Positions 46,844 through 59,377 of a stretch of DNA of 64,000 nt are shown in pieces (position 1 is the stretch's first letter; every line of letters begins with the position of its first letter). Under the pieces are notes generated by a model. It made no database searches, was not told the DNA's origin, and worked only from the letters and a program-made list of their open reading frames with translations. Source of the DNA: Atractiella rhizophila. Its lineage: Eukaryota. The stretch covers positions 1 to 64,000 of the forward strand of contig MU271185.1 in NCBI GenBank assembly GCA_021432655.1. Reading direction: 5' to 3'. The translations under genes and the position numbers were made by a program.

Positions 46844-48826
46844 TCACTCCTCCCCTCCCTCCCAAACCCACGTATTATCCTGTTCGCTCACCCCACACTC
46901 AATCAACATGCTCCTAGCTTTACATATCTCATCCTCAAGCCACCCTCCAAAGAATATCTGAACCCTCAACCTCAACCAGCGCCGTCTTGCCATCTTCACC
47001 TTTTCAGCTCCATCCACTCCATCTCCCTCCTCCTTCGCCCCTCTGTCCCCAAAGAACCAGCAGATGAAGTCTGAGAATACGAACGGAGTGAATTCCCAGT
47101 CTACAATACAGTACCGAACCTCTATGTCATGTATCGCTTTTGCATTTGTGAGGGTGTGGAAGACTTGGGGGGAAACGAGGTTTGAAGTTTCCTCACCGCC
47201 GTCGAGGGAGAGGTTTGTGAGATGTTTGAGGTGTGACAGGTCGAGCGGAGTGGAGAGGATGGAGGTCTTTCCATCAGACGAGTAGGGGGCGAGTGTGATC
47301 TTGAGCCAATCTAGAAGAGGAGGTAGACAGGAGCCTGAGACGGAGGGGGGGAGGGGACACAAGTTGGAGAGACCCAACATTGTGAGGGTGAGTGGCAGGG
47401 AGAGCGATGGGAGAGGCGGGTATGTGTGAAGCTCTAAGCTTTCGAGGTCAGATGAAAATTGAAGGCCCAGTGATGGCGACGAGGCAGAGTCCTCGATGTC
47501 GTAAGCACGGAAGACTTTGATCCTGTCACCCATCGTCCGCATAAAATTCTCGACCTCATCCTTCTTCCACTTTCTCGAACCTTGCACGTCAAAACATACG
47601 TGATCCAACCTCGTCAAGCCTTCCAACGCATGCAACACAATCCTCGCCTCCTCTTCATTCCAAATTGCGTGCATCCTCACCTTCGTAACATTTGGCGCAC
47701 CGGCGATGACGTCTTTCGCCATCTCACCGCTGATGTTGTCGTCAAACGGTTTTACAGACCAGAGGGATGCCCACAAACGTCCAGCATGAGAATATTGTTT
47801 CAAGCGAGCATGCATCTCCACCATAGGAACATCCTCATGCAAAAATGGGACTGAAACAGCCTCCCAGAGCTGACAGACAGCAGAAAGTCGCTGGAAGGAA
47901 ACGAGATATCCAGTATCTTCTATGACCCTTTTATATTCATCGAATGAAAGAAACTCGAAGATGAGTGAGAGGATCTCCGTAGGAAGGTGTGTGATAGTGC
48001 ATAGACTTCTCGCTGGAGTTGGAGAGCATGAGAATTGGATCATTAGCCCCAGACCGGTGGATGGGATGCTTGATTCCTCCCATTCACTCAGAGGAATGAA
48101 ACGCTGCTGCAGCTTGGAGTATAGGGCAACGGGTTCAAAGAGGACCTGAGAGCGGCTATATGGAAGATGAAAAGTGCATGTGAAGGGCTTCCGAGACAGG
48201 TCCTCCATATCCACGGATGCAAGATATTTGGTATCCCCAAAAGTCACTGCAATACTTTCCTCCTCCAACGCGACGCAAAGAATCACTGCACCGTCGGTTT
48301 CAACTTCATTTTCGAGACCTGCCAGAGAGAAGTAGGATGATTTCGACGGCCCATAATCCTCGCTCCAGAATCGAATAGGTAAGACAAACGTGATCCGGAG
48401 CGTGTGAATTGATGGAGGTAGGCGAGAAAGGAAAGAGGGAAGAATGGAGAGGTGGATTGGACTGCCATGTCGTAATGTTACTGGGGTGATGAGATGGACT
48501 AGTGCCATGGACTCTGTTCCTTGATCATCCTTCGGTGAAATCAATGTTTCCTCAGCCATCATTCCCTGAGAAGATGTGCGGGACTAAAGCCCACAAATTC
48601 ATGTTAAACGAGACAAGTGAGGGAAAAGATCAGATCATGCCTGCGGCGCATCAGCGCGTTGTCCAACCTGCGCCATCTCCCTCTCCATCATTCCCAGAGA
48701 AGATACGCCGGACCAAACCCCACGAATCCATGTTAAGCACAAGAGATGGAGAAAGCAAGCTTGCTGCACATCATCGCATGGGCAAGCTTCGACCATATCG
48801 ATATTCTCAGGGAAGTGATCAGACAT
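46844..48826 (-). CDS. F-box / LRR protein, copy 4 (extended exon 1)
   Basis: Exon 1 48641-48826, GC-AG intron 48584-48640, exon 2 46844-48583, in frame and open. Confidence 0.82.
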
Positions 48827-51250
48827 CGCAATGGCGAGGATGGGGGTCGTAGAACCGTTTGTGGGAGTTGATGGATTAGGCGACTGTTTGGGCTGTTGCT
48901 GGACTGGCGTCCGGACGGTGAAGGCTTCCGTTCTGCTGATCGAGATCAAGACTTGAAGGACTGCGCCTCGCTGGAACATGTTTGGTGGAAGGTCACATCC
49001 AGCAACTTATTGCAATCACATTGTAAAACATGCTCTCCTGCTCTCCTTGCCATCAGTTATGCTGCCCACTGAGGTGTGAGCAGAATTATTTCTATCCCAG
49101 CATCGGAAACCAGATAGAATAAGTGCACCCAGACAATGTGGCACTTCGTCTGATCCTCTTCCAAGTTGAAAGAGGAAATGAATTTGTGACAAGTCTGATT
49201 CGATCTGATTGGGGCAGGAATAAGAGCGGTGTTGCTGGTGAAACTGCCGGTGACAGAGCTTCGTTGGAAGCCTTACGACTACACGATTGTTCAGATAGAA
49301 AACAAGGAATTCGAAGTCAACATTCCCTTACAGATTAATCCTGTAGCTCGGGGCTTGATTAAATTGCACGAGCTGCAATGAAGATAATTTGACACAATTT
49401 CACAAAAGAAGAAAACAAGCCCGAAATGCGAGTACGCCTGACCAACCAGGATATAAAACAACACAGGTCTATCAATGAAGCCTTTTCATTCTTGACACGT
49501 CTGTCGAGCCTCAAGTTGGTCCCCCTACACCTCGATTGCAGTAGCGAGGGTTAGAGACCAAAACACAGTGATATTTGTTGATTATCCAATGAAAGCCCCA
49601 ATATACGAGCAGCTTGGTTCAGCTTAGTGTGCTAAAAAAGTGAATTTTCAAGGACAATAGGTTTTACGCCATACATGGGTCTGGAGATGACATTGTTTGA
49701 CAAATTATTACTTCACACTTATCCCTGTTTGGTGCGAAAGAAGGGACGCACCGGTGTCTGTATCTTTCTTTGTCCTTTCCCTGCTTCATCCTGCTCCATC
49801 CTGTTTACCCATGCTATAGATCAGCCACGGTGGCATGACCCTCATCGTAGATCAAGAGTCGATATTCATGCTACAGCGGCCACACGGATGCTGAAATGAG
49901 AGTTGGATATGAAATTTACGAATGTGGCTAATCCACCGTGGCAGGGTTGACACTGAGGGCGAGTTTGATGCGTCGAAAATATTTAATTCTGATGATATGC
50001 GCTACTGTGTGCAACAAAAGAATAATCCCATGGGAAGGGAGCTGGTGGTTGGTCCACGTCACCGTGCACTCTGGGGTAGAAAGTGATTGAACATGTTTTT
50101 AGGCAATAGGCAACCATTCTACCCAAAAAGACTGTCGAGACTTATGCTCCCACGCCAAATTCCCCATTTCCCTGCCGCAGTCAATATTCTTAGGGGGATA
50201 GACTAAGATACATTGCCCTTTCGCGTCAATTTGAAGAGAGGAGGGGAAGGAGGATGGATTGTGGATAGGAAGCTGAAATGTTGACGCTGCAGGAGGCCAG
50301 AGGGGAGAAGGTGGATGACAAGCTAGGGACTATCATTCTGGTTGGTAATGGGGCGAGAGTTTACTTGCGTCGAAGAACATCTTGAGTACGTTTTGCTTCA
50401 CCTTGTGTCTTGCAATAGTTGATGGAGATAGAAATATGTGATATTTGAGCTCCTCAAAAACTCCATAAAACCCACGAAGGAGACGCCTTGAGCATACTGA
50501 AGATTCCCTATGACTGCCATGGCGGTGGTGGGCAAGCGTACAATATCTGTTTAACTATGGGACAACCCCTTCCCTCCTGTACCGACCACGACACCAGGCG
50601 GTAGTATCCCTCGCCTGTCCACAGTACCAGAAAGTGTCCCACAGATCCGGACAGCATGTCCTCCTCCTCCTCCCTTCTGGGGCCACCGTTTTCCACCACT
50701 GCTCGTCGAGGGATCTTTTCTTCGCACACTTTTATTCTACCACCAATGCCATGTCGAACATACAGTGTTTGACAAGGAAATGATTGCCAAGACGAAGAGG
50801 GAGGCAAAGTTGGAAGGAAGTTACAACCGAAAAATCTGAAAATGGGCAAGGCAGAAGAGGGACAGAGTGAAGGGCAAAGAAAATGGGACAAAGAGTGGCG
50901 TCAATTTTGTGTGAAGAGGAAGTTGGGACTGCCACTGACGTTGAGCAGTATTTATGCGGAGTATTTGGTCCGTTTCTTTGTAATCTTTGCTTTGGAAATC
51001 GCTGACTAGAGTATAGGACAGGTGCCTCTATAAAAGTCTATTCGATGGACAATTATGGCAGTGATGCTTGTTTCTCGGTGCTAAGAGTTAGAGACACGTC
51101 GCCTCAAGCTGCCCGCAACTCTAAGAAGAGATGTACACATAGACGTTACTTTGTTCCATTTATTTCATCTCCACCACCTTTTGTTGATCGTTGTGCTGGC
51201 GTGTGAGTCATTTATGAGACACCATTGAGCAAGACGACAACGAAAAGAAC

Positions 51251-52229
51251 ATGCAACGCCTACGCTACTCCTCTCAACTCCTCCGCACCGCCAGACGGTA
51301 CACAACCGCCGCTCCAGCAGCTACGAAACCAGCCTCCGCCAACGGGGCGACGACAGCAGCGCGTCCAGCGAGCTACAACAACTCGACCACCTCCTTCCCC
51401 GCGAGGGCAGAAGCGAAGCTCCCCTCTGCGACATATGCGGTGGATGCAGTGTCTAGAGAGAATGCAGAGGGGGAAGATTGGAGCACTTCCTTCTACGGAC
51501 TCTCACAAACGCCTTTCGAGAAGGAAATCGCAGACATTCTGCTCAAGCCTATCGACCCGGCAGACGTCGAAATGAAACCTGGTATGCCCTCTCTTGCTCG
51601 TATATGTCGTGGGTTTGAGATTATGTGAAAATAGATGGGCTGATATACCTTCCTGAAATCAAGTACCGCCGTATTTTGAACCAGGCGTTCGGACCAGGAG
51701 GATGGGGTCTCGCTCCGCGTTCCGACCTCGACATCTCAGCGCAAAGGCTGGTGAGCCGGGAGTACGCGCTCGTGTGTCTTGGGCGGTGCGTTTCTTATTT
51801 AGTGCAGGTGAATGAACAGAAGGCTGAGATGACTATGGTCTGGGATGTAGAATGGTTGGTATGGCCCGTGGCGAACAAGAATTCTTCGACCCTGCCGGTA
51901 TACCCACTGCTGCAGAGGCGGCGAAGAGTAACGCCCTGATGAGGTGCTGCAAGGATTTGGGAATCGCCTCTGAACTTTGGTGCGTTTCTCACTCATTCCA
52001 CTCCATTACTGTGCATTTATTCAAGTAACTTTTGTGTGGATAGGGACCCGAGCTTCATCAGGAAATTCAAGTCGGAATACTGCACAGAAGTATGGACTGA
52101 ACATGTTGTCAGTAAGAAAAAGTATGTCGCTTTGGCTTCCCTAACGAGATTGCAGCCTAATTAGTCTTTAGGCAAAAGCGATGGAGGAGGAAGGATGCGA
52201 CGTTCGAGTATCCCTACAAGGAGGTCTAA
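51251..52229 (+). CDS. MGM101: Mitochondrial genome maintenance protein Mgm101
   Basis: Arg/Ser-rich targeting-like N-terminus; [81 protein letters not shown]...YPYKE; short GT-AG introns. Confidence 0.95.
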
Positions 52230-54549
52230 GCTTCTTCATTACAATTCCAAACACTACACTTCGAATTTGGTTCTGGCGCTTCGCGATAATCTGCTCTACC
52301 TTCAGTTCTTGCAGTGGCGACAACCTCACTCTGAAAGAAAGTCGCGTATGCACAAAATCGCTGACTGTTCGACTTTTGCGTTGTTTCTTTATTATTCATT
52401 CCAAAAGGGTTTGTTGCCTCCATGCAATCTATTCTCCGTTCCGCTCTACAGTTTCCATGACCGTGCTCTGCATCCTGGTCAGCAGAGTCAGCGCAATTTT
52501 CCTCGTTACATTCATGCAAGCTGGCTCAGAAAATGCTCTGCCCCAACAAGCAGAGTCCTGCTGTCTCTCCTTCACCGCCCGTGTAAAACGGTTCAGACTA
52601 TCCCAGAACGTGGCAGCTTTTTTCATCATTGCCTAAATTGTGGATGGACATGGATAATACGTTAGCTCACATTGATATTCTGCAGCACGCCAGAGGAAGG
52701 TGATCAACTGAGATGTGCCCAGGCACAAAGACCAGGCGGCCAAATCTTCCAAAAAATCGACGTAGCCTTAGACGGGGATGACTAGTTAAGGCAAGACGCG
52801 TCCTTCGGAAGGGACCTATGCAGCATTATAAAAGTCAGTATCACACTTTGTCAGGACAGTGTAAAAGCGACGGCTCAGAAATGCTCTGTACAAGATGTCA
52901 AAAACAGAGACGTGCCGTTTCAACCTTATGTCCTCTGGCACTTCAGGATGCACATGAGTGGCACTTCGTAGCATCATTGCGGCAATCGTCGCTCACTAAG
53001 GAGACTCACAATAGCAGGATTGAAGTGTTAAGGACTCCTTCCAACTAGCTGAACCTTTGTGAACCAACTATTCAACTTCTGTGCCTAAACGTGGGAACTC
53101 ATCAGTCCCCGTTCCGAGAGGCAAGCAAACGGAAACGAAGAAGTGTTCAGAAAATATAGATAGAGACCGCATTCCGCAATTCCTCTCTGAGGATCAGAAA
53201 ATACATGCTGATTATCTTTTACTCATCACGACGAGCTCGAGCTCCGTTTCGAATGAGAGGAAGAAAGGATGAACTCGCCTTCTCAAGCGGTGACCTTCTC
53301 GGCTGCCCACCCGAACAATAGACGGCTGATACTTCCCTGGCCATAGAAAACATGGATATCAGCGTCAATCCGAGTGAATGTTTGAGAATTGAGTTTAGGA
53401 ATCAGAATAAACATTGATCTCACGCTCCAACCTACTCTCATCGCAGAGAGAGGAGGGCAGTCGACGAGCTGGGTTTATGTTCGAGCGTCATGCTCTTTTT
53501 CATCATTCTTTCAAACGTCGTTTCGCAATCCGGAGGAAGGAAGTGCTCACCTGGTGATAGCTGGTCGACGAGGGACTTCTTTCTTTGGGGTGATGCTATG
53601 CTAAGCACGGTCTAGAGTCAGTTTTCATTTCGTTTGTAATAAACGAGCGGACTAAAGTTGATCAGTATGAAGACAGTTCTCGCTCTCATACTATGGCATA
53701 AGAATCATGTAGAGGTTAGAATATTGGACATCATCACTTTGGCTCAGACCACGCTGAAGGAAGATACAGAATATGAGGAACGAGCCAACTCACTGTTTTC
53801 TCTTTTTATACCGCACATATGACTGTTTAGATGTTTAGGCTGGAGTCGACTGTTGGATACGTTGGGAAATGGTGTACTCCATCATACTTTCTGAGGACGC
53901 CGCATTAGGTGACTGTGTTAGTGTCCCTTACTAAAAAGATCCGATGAGCCTTCATTGATTTCAATACGATGCATGAAAGAGACGAGGAAGGTGGATATCG
54001 ATCAGGAAGAGCATGTCACTATTCTTCTCTCCTTCGACGCTCATCAACCATCAAATGGATGACAGAGCACCAAGGTCAGAAAGTGAAGAAATGTATGCGT
54101 TCATCATCTCCTCCAAATGTCTGGCTCTTCCAAGAGAAAGTCACGTACTCGAAAGATGGCACATTCTCTCTTCCCGATATTTCCTGCCGTTGACTGTATC
54201 CTGTCCACCTATCTATTGAAGATAGGAGAACTGCTTCACAACAACATTATCACGCGGTGCGCCTTTCTTTCTCTTGGCAACTGTGATACTAGCAAGTGCT
54301 TGCTTGAGGGTAGGACATGGCAGCGGTGCAGGCCAAAGAACACGTCCAGTTTGCGCGTCAGGAATGGCTGAATTTTTTTGGTTAAGTGCTAGATTGAGCC
54401 TTCCAACCAAACACCGGTCTCCGGCTACCTTCGACATTCATCATCATTCATACATTCCTTCCTTACTCTCGCCTCTTTCTTTCATCGGCGTCCTCTTCAA
54501 CACCGTCACTCCCTGCAACAGAGTCAAAACTATAGGCATAGAGCAAAAG

Positions 54550-56563
54550 ATGTCTGACAGGGCCATCCACTCGTGCGTTCTCTTTCCCTGACCGACACGG
54601 CTTCACATGACATTCCTTAATATTTACATGCATACAGCCGATTTGAAAGCAGCGTGCGCATAGTCCAGTCACTTCCAAAGTCTGGACCTATCCAGACATC
54701 CTACGATGACAAGCTGCAGCTCTACAGTCTGTATAAACAGGGTAGGTCATCGTTTTATTTGCCTCCCTTTCATTATCTCTTTCCTTTGCTCCTTTCTCTA
54801 CCGCCTCATATTATTCCCTCTTACACCCTATTTTCTCATTCTCGTTTACCTCTTATGCTTTTATCTTCGTATTTGTTCCATGGTTTACCATGTTCTCTTC
54901 AATTTATCCCCCTTTTGTTATTGTTACCCTTCGTGTATTTTACTTTCCTCATTATACTATTCCCCTTAGACATCTACGTCGTCAAGTTCAACCCCAGTTT
55001 CTTCTTTTCATCTAAAGTTTCCACTTCTGCACGCCAAATCGCTACCTCCTCATTCCGATGTCCATGCTGAGACTTAGATCATGGGGAACAGCAACCGAAG
55101 GACCACCAACGACACCGCGTCCAGGCGTATGGGACGTCCTAGGCCGTTCAAAATGGTAAGCCTCACTTCCCTGTTCTCTCACAAGGAAGGAACACAACTC
55201 ATCACCATGACACAGGGACGCATGGAACCGTCGTCGTGCCTTATCCAAGACCGAAGCCGAAAAGGGATACGGAGACGTCCTCGTATCTGTTCGTTTTCTT
55301 TTTCTTTCATACATCGATTTAGGCTCGGAAACTGATAGGAAGGTTGATAGATACTGGGTAACTTCAAAGATGAGAAACAGGCTAAGGTCTGGATACGCGA
55401 GCTTTCGCTTTCCAAACATGCTGAACGAGAGGAAGAGGAAGAGGAGGAAGGCAGTTCTGAATCGGGTGCCTTTTTCCTCTACTTGATGTACTCTGTGGTG
55501 TGATGGCTGACCAATAAAGCTCCAGATTCATCCCTCGACTCCCTCCACAGCGGCCTCCTCCGCCTCTCCAATCCACATCCACATCCGCCCGTCCCCTCCG
55601 CATCCACAACGTGGTCCACCCTCAATCACAAGTTCGGATCTACTCTCCACCTCCACCCGTCAACACCAACACCAATACCAACGACCCGTCTACCCACCCT
55701 CAACGACCGGTTCCGGCTCCTCCCTTCTCCCTCCCCCGCACTCCTCCCGCTCCTCCCATCCAACGAGTGCTCGCATCGTCCCCGGAAGAGGGGGGAGGGA
55801 GAGGGAGAGGATAGCAGAAGAGTCCGGTTCAGAAGGTAGCTCCATCTCCGACTCTGAAGATCCAGACCCAACACCTCGTCGACCGCCAGTTCGAACGGGA
55901 CGGGGAGGAAGTGGAGGAATGTTGAGTCCCCCCGGATCTGTCCTCTCCGGATCAACAGGCCCCGGCGGAAGAGCAGAGCAGTCGATGTCGCTTGGAGGCG
56001 GGGGCAGTAGAGTCCTCCCGCTGTCGAGGGAGAACCTAGGAAGGCTAGAGCGGAGCGGAGGGGGAACGGGACGGGTGAGAGGGAGCGAGAGCACCATCAT
56101 GCCCTTGCCCGCCCCCCCTCTCCAGGCCAGAGCGGGAAGCGCAGGCGGACGCGTCACACCCGGTGGACCAGGAGTGGGAGGGATTGCGGGAGGAGGCGGA
56201 GGGAACGCGACTACGGCTACGCAGGCGACGTTGGACCATATCATGCTCTCCCTCTCACGCATCTCTGCCAGATTAGAGCGCTTGGAATCGTCTCCGAACC
56301 CCGTTGGAGCATCAGGATCGGGGCAGGCTCAAGGGAGAGGGCAAGGAGGAGCGTCCACCTCGCATAATGCGCTCGCGTTCCCCCTCGTCAGAAGGTTGTT
56401 GTTCCCGAGGGGCAGGCGGGAGGGGGAGGACGTTCTTGAGGCATTGCTTGTGCTTGCTAGAAGGATCACTTTTGAGGGCTTCTTGATCTGGTTGCTTTGG
56501 AGGTTCGGGAGGTGGCTGATCTTTGGTCGGGTGGCCACGGAGCAGAGGAAAGGAAGAGAATGA
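54550..56563 (+). CDS. Acyl-CoA-binding (ACBP) domain protein with a disordered middle and a hydrophobic C-terminal segment
   Basis: Spliced N-terminus RFESSVRIVQSLPKSGPIQTSYDDKLQLYSLYKQATEG...PRPGVWDVLGRSKWDAWN. Middle exon boundaries were not resolved. Confidence 0.8.
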
Positions 56564-56828
56564 GAGTGAAGGAGACTGATGAGTTAATGTTGAGCGCTGA
56601 GCGACGGGTCTGGAGGCCGCATCCGAAATGGAATACAGAATACATGGTGGATGATAGACGATGCTTGGCGATGGATGGATGGCATGGTTGATGGTTGCGC
56701 AAGATGGGGCATGGCACGATGATAGGGATCCTTTGATGTGAATACAACGATACCAATTCTATTCTCTACTTCGATTGTACTCTCAAAGAGAAAGCCAGAA
56801 ACAAGAGAGAAACAATGGAGGAAAAGGA

Positions 56829-58927
56829 TTACCAGCGCGTCACATCTGGCTCGCTGCTGACTTCCTCCACTCCCGCCCCTTTCCGTTCTCCCTCCTCATC
56901 GGAAGCACCTTCAGCTTCTCCAAACAGGCTCGGCTTCTTCACCTGAAAACTGTGCTCCACTCCATCTCCTTCAACTTTCATGATCGGTTCTCCCTCGTAG
57001 ATGGAGGGTAGACGAGAGTGTAGAAATGAGAGGATGTGAGAATTTATTTGCTCGAATTCTGTTTCAGCAAAATGAAAAGCGTTATTTATCAGAGGAGGAG
57101 GAACCCACCAAGGAGAAATCCGTCGTGCCCATCTGGAGATTGGATGATAACAAGCTTAGCCTGTTTCCCAATTCAACGCTGTGATAAGGGAACTAGGCGA
57201 CAAGACTGACCTCAGGAATGTTCTTTGCTAGCTCTTCCTGTTCCGTCATCGTGAATAGACCATCCGAAGAGATGGCCATCACCAAAGCTCCTTTGGGTAT
57301 CCTTGATAGAGGATTTGGGACATATGGACGGTCACGGGAGACATCGTGGGAGTCCATTTTGCGAGTTATGTGCAAATAACAGTTTGCATCGAAGCTTTCC
57401 AATTCGTAAAAATCGTGTAGAGTCAGTTGAGCCAACGAAATACGGACCGCGAAATGAACTTGTCCCCCTGATATCTGAGGTACGATTGAGCGCGAAAGAT
57501 AGTCTTCTGGCTTGCAGCCGCAAGAGGGACCGCTTCGTCCCTGCCCTCTCCCAACATGGGAGATTTATGATTGAGTCTCGACGCGCCAAATCGCTTGTGG
57601 CCATCGTTATGTGCCTCCAAAGCGGGCGAGTAGGATCGGTCGATTTCCCCACTACCACGAGGGGACTCTTGCTCTTTTCTCCCGAAGCGAGATTCAAAGC
57701 TGTCCCTACTTCGATACGTCAAAAGCGCCGCCATCCTCGCTGCTGCTAAACCAGCCGAGGGACCGTCATCCAGCGCATAATATCCGTCTTGATATTTCGG
57801 GTCAGAATATATCGATTGGCGTTGAGCTTCTCCCCAGGAAATTCCCCACGCTGAATGTCTGGCACATGTCGCTATCGGAATAACGTTTTGCACGTATCCC
57901 TCCGGCGTCAGCAAGGGCCATTCGAGCGCCTGCATCCCTCCCATGCTCCCTCCAATGACCACTGCAACGCTCCCAACACCCAGACGATCGAGGAGGAGTT
58001 TGTGTAGTCTATTTCCCCAAGATGAGGAAGGAAGAAGCCCCAAGCAATCGGTGTCAAGGGTGTACTGTTCAAGAAGAGCGCAAATCGTACCGGACGTCGT
58101 CTCTTACGGTTGTCGACGGAAATTCTGGCCCATATAGCTTCCCAGTGCGTGGATTCACGGTGATAGGCGACGAAGTACCGTAAGGCGAACCGAGGACATT
58201 GCAGCAGATTATAAAATAGCGTGTTGGGTCAAACGCCAGACCCGGACCAAGAAGAGGTCCCCACCTGAGGAAAGAAGAGATGTGTAAGCAAATGCGGCTA
58301 TGGCGCGACTGTGAATTGAAGAGCACAACAATATGAAAAGGAATGTGGGACAAAAGGTTAGGGCCAAAATGCAATCGATCTCAAGCAACTATGCGGACAG
58401 CTTCAGCGAGCCGTCATTTCGCTAAAAAGCGCTTTATATAGAGGTATTTATCAGCACAACTGGATTTCGAGATATACAGAGCAGCCTATGTGTATGGGAA
58501 GTGCATCCCTATTTCAAATCTAAGCTGCTAAATGGATTACTCAGACAACTTTTCAATTTTTCACAGAATATCTCGCAGTCACTCTCTCCAGGAAACCAAT
58601 GAGATTTTTGCAGAACAAAAGAAGTTTTTCTCCCTGAACATGACCACACACACGCCATTCTCAAACAGCCACAACGTACCAATCCTCTAAATCGCTGCTC
58701 CCGGTCAAAGCATGGCAAACTACCATTGCATTATTCCTCTCATCATTGAGTTTTCCCCAGCTCTTCCAACCAATCCAAACATCTTCCAGAACTTCACCCG
58801 ATTCGAGCTCAAACGAGGGAAGGTGCGCAAGCGATTGGGAAGGGATCAAGGAAGCAAGATGCGATGGGTGATTAGGGACGTGTGGAGGTGTGAAAAGAGT
58901 TACGGAGGCCGCAGAAGAAGCCGACAT
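56829..58927 (-). CDS. MET2: Homoserine O-acetyltransferase
   Basis: CHALTGS, NVLGSPYG, GGSMGGM nucleophile motif, SYLRYQGDKF, FDANCY, GHDGFLL; multi-exon; stop at 56829-56831. Confidence 0.93.
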
Positions 58928-59377
58928 CTTGCTCGAGGACTCGTCGTTCCTTTTTGAGATCGGATTGCTGTGAAAGTGGCCTGATCAGGTGATTTATTTG
59001 GTTGATAAACTGCCCTAACCCTAACAATCAAGTGATAAGATAACCGACGGGACCACCATAATATCCAATCCATAGGCGTGCAAGCGATTGGGAGGGGATC
59101 CATGAAACAAGATGAATTTGCGGTTTGAGTTTGCCTGATGAGTTATCGAGGGTTGCGAAGATCCTGACTCTTTTGTTTTGTGAGTTGTGCAATGGTAGTG
59201 TTGGGTTATCCAATGTGCCATATTGTCCGTACTTTTCTGAGCTGAATGGCTTACGTTGATGTTTTGTTTAGTTGCTGTTAACTCTTATTTGTCTCCCCCA
59301 TCTGATAGATCATCAAAGAAAGCTAGAACACAAGTCGATTGTAAACAGATGATGATTGAGTAATACAAACGACACTT

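Larger units (their letters stand above)
12015..48900. repeat. Tandem segmental array of four diverged units (~12015/18977-25600, ~25600-32690, ~38680-44730, 44736-48900)
   Basis: Homologous blocks recur in the same order: 12015-12205 plus 18977-21100 matches 44736-46840; the spacers 23000-25570, 29540-32690 and 42025-44700 are mutually similar; one F-box gene per unit. Confidence 0.88.

Noticed and set aside
48980..51200. Short ORFs between the array and MGM101
   Set aside because: No recognisable motifs or consistent exon chain.
52230..54500. Possible minus-strand spliced gene between MGM101 and the ACBP gene
   Set aside because: Some splice-like signals, but I could not build a stop-free model or recognise a product.
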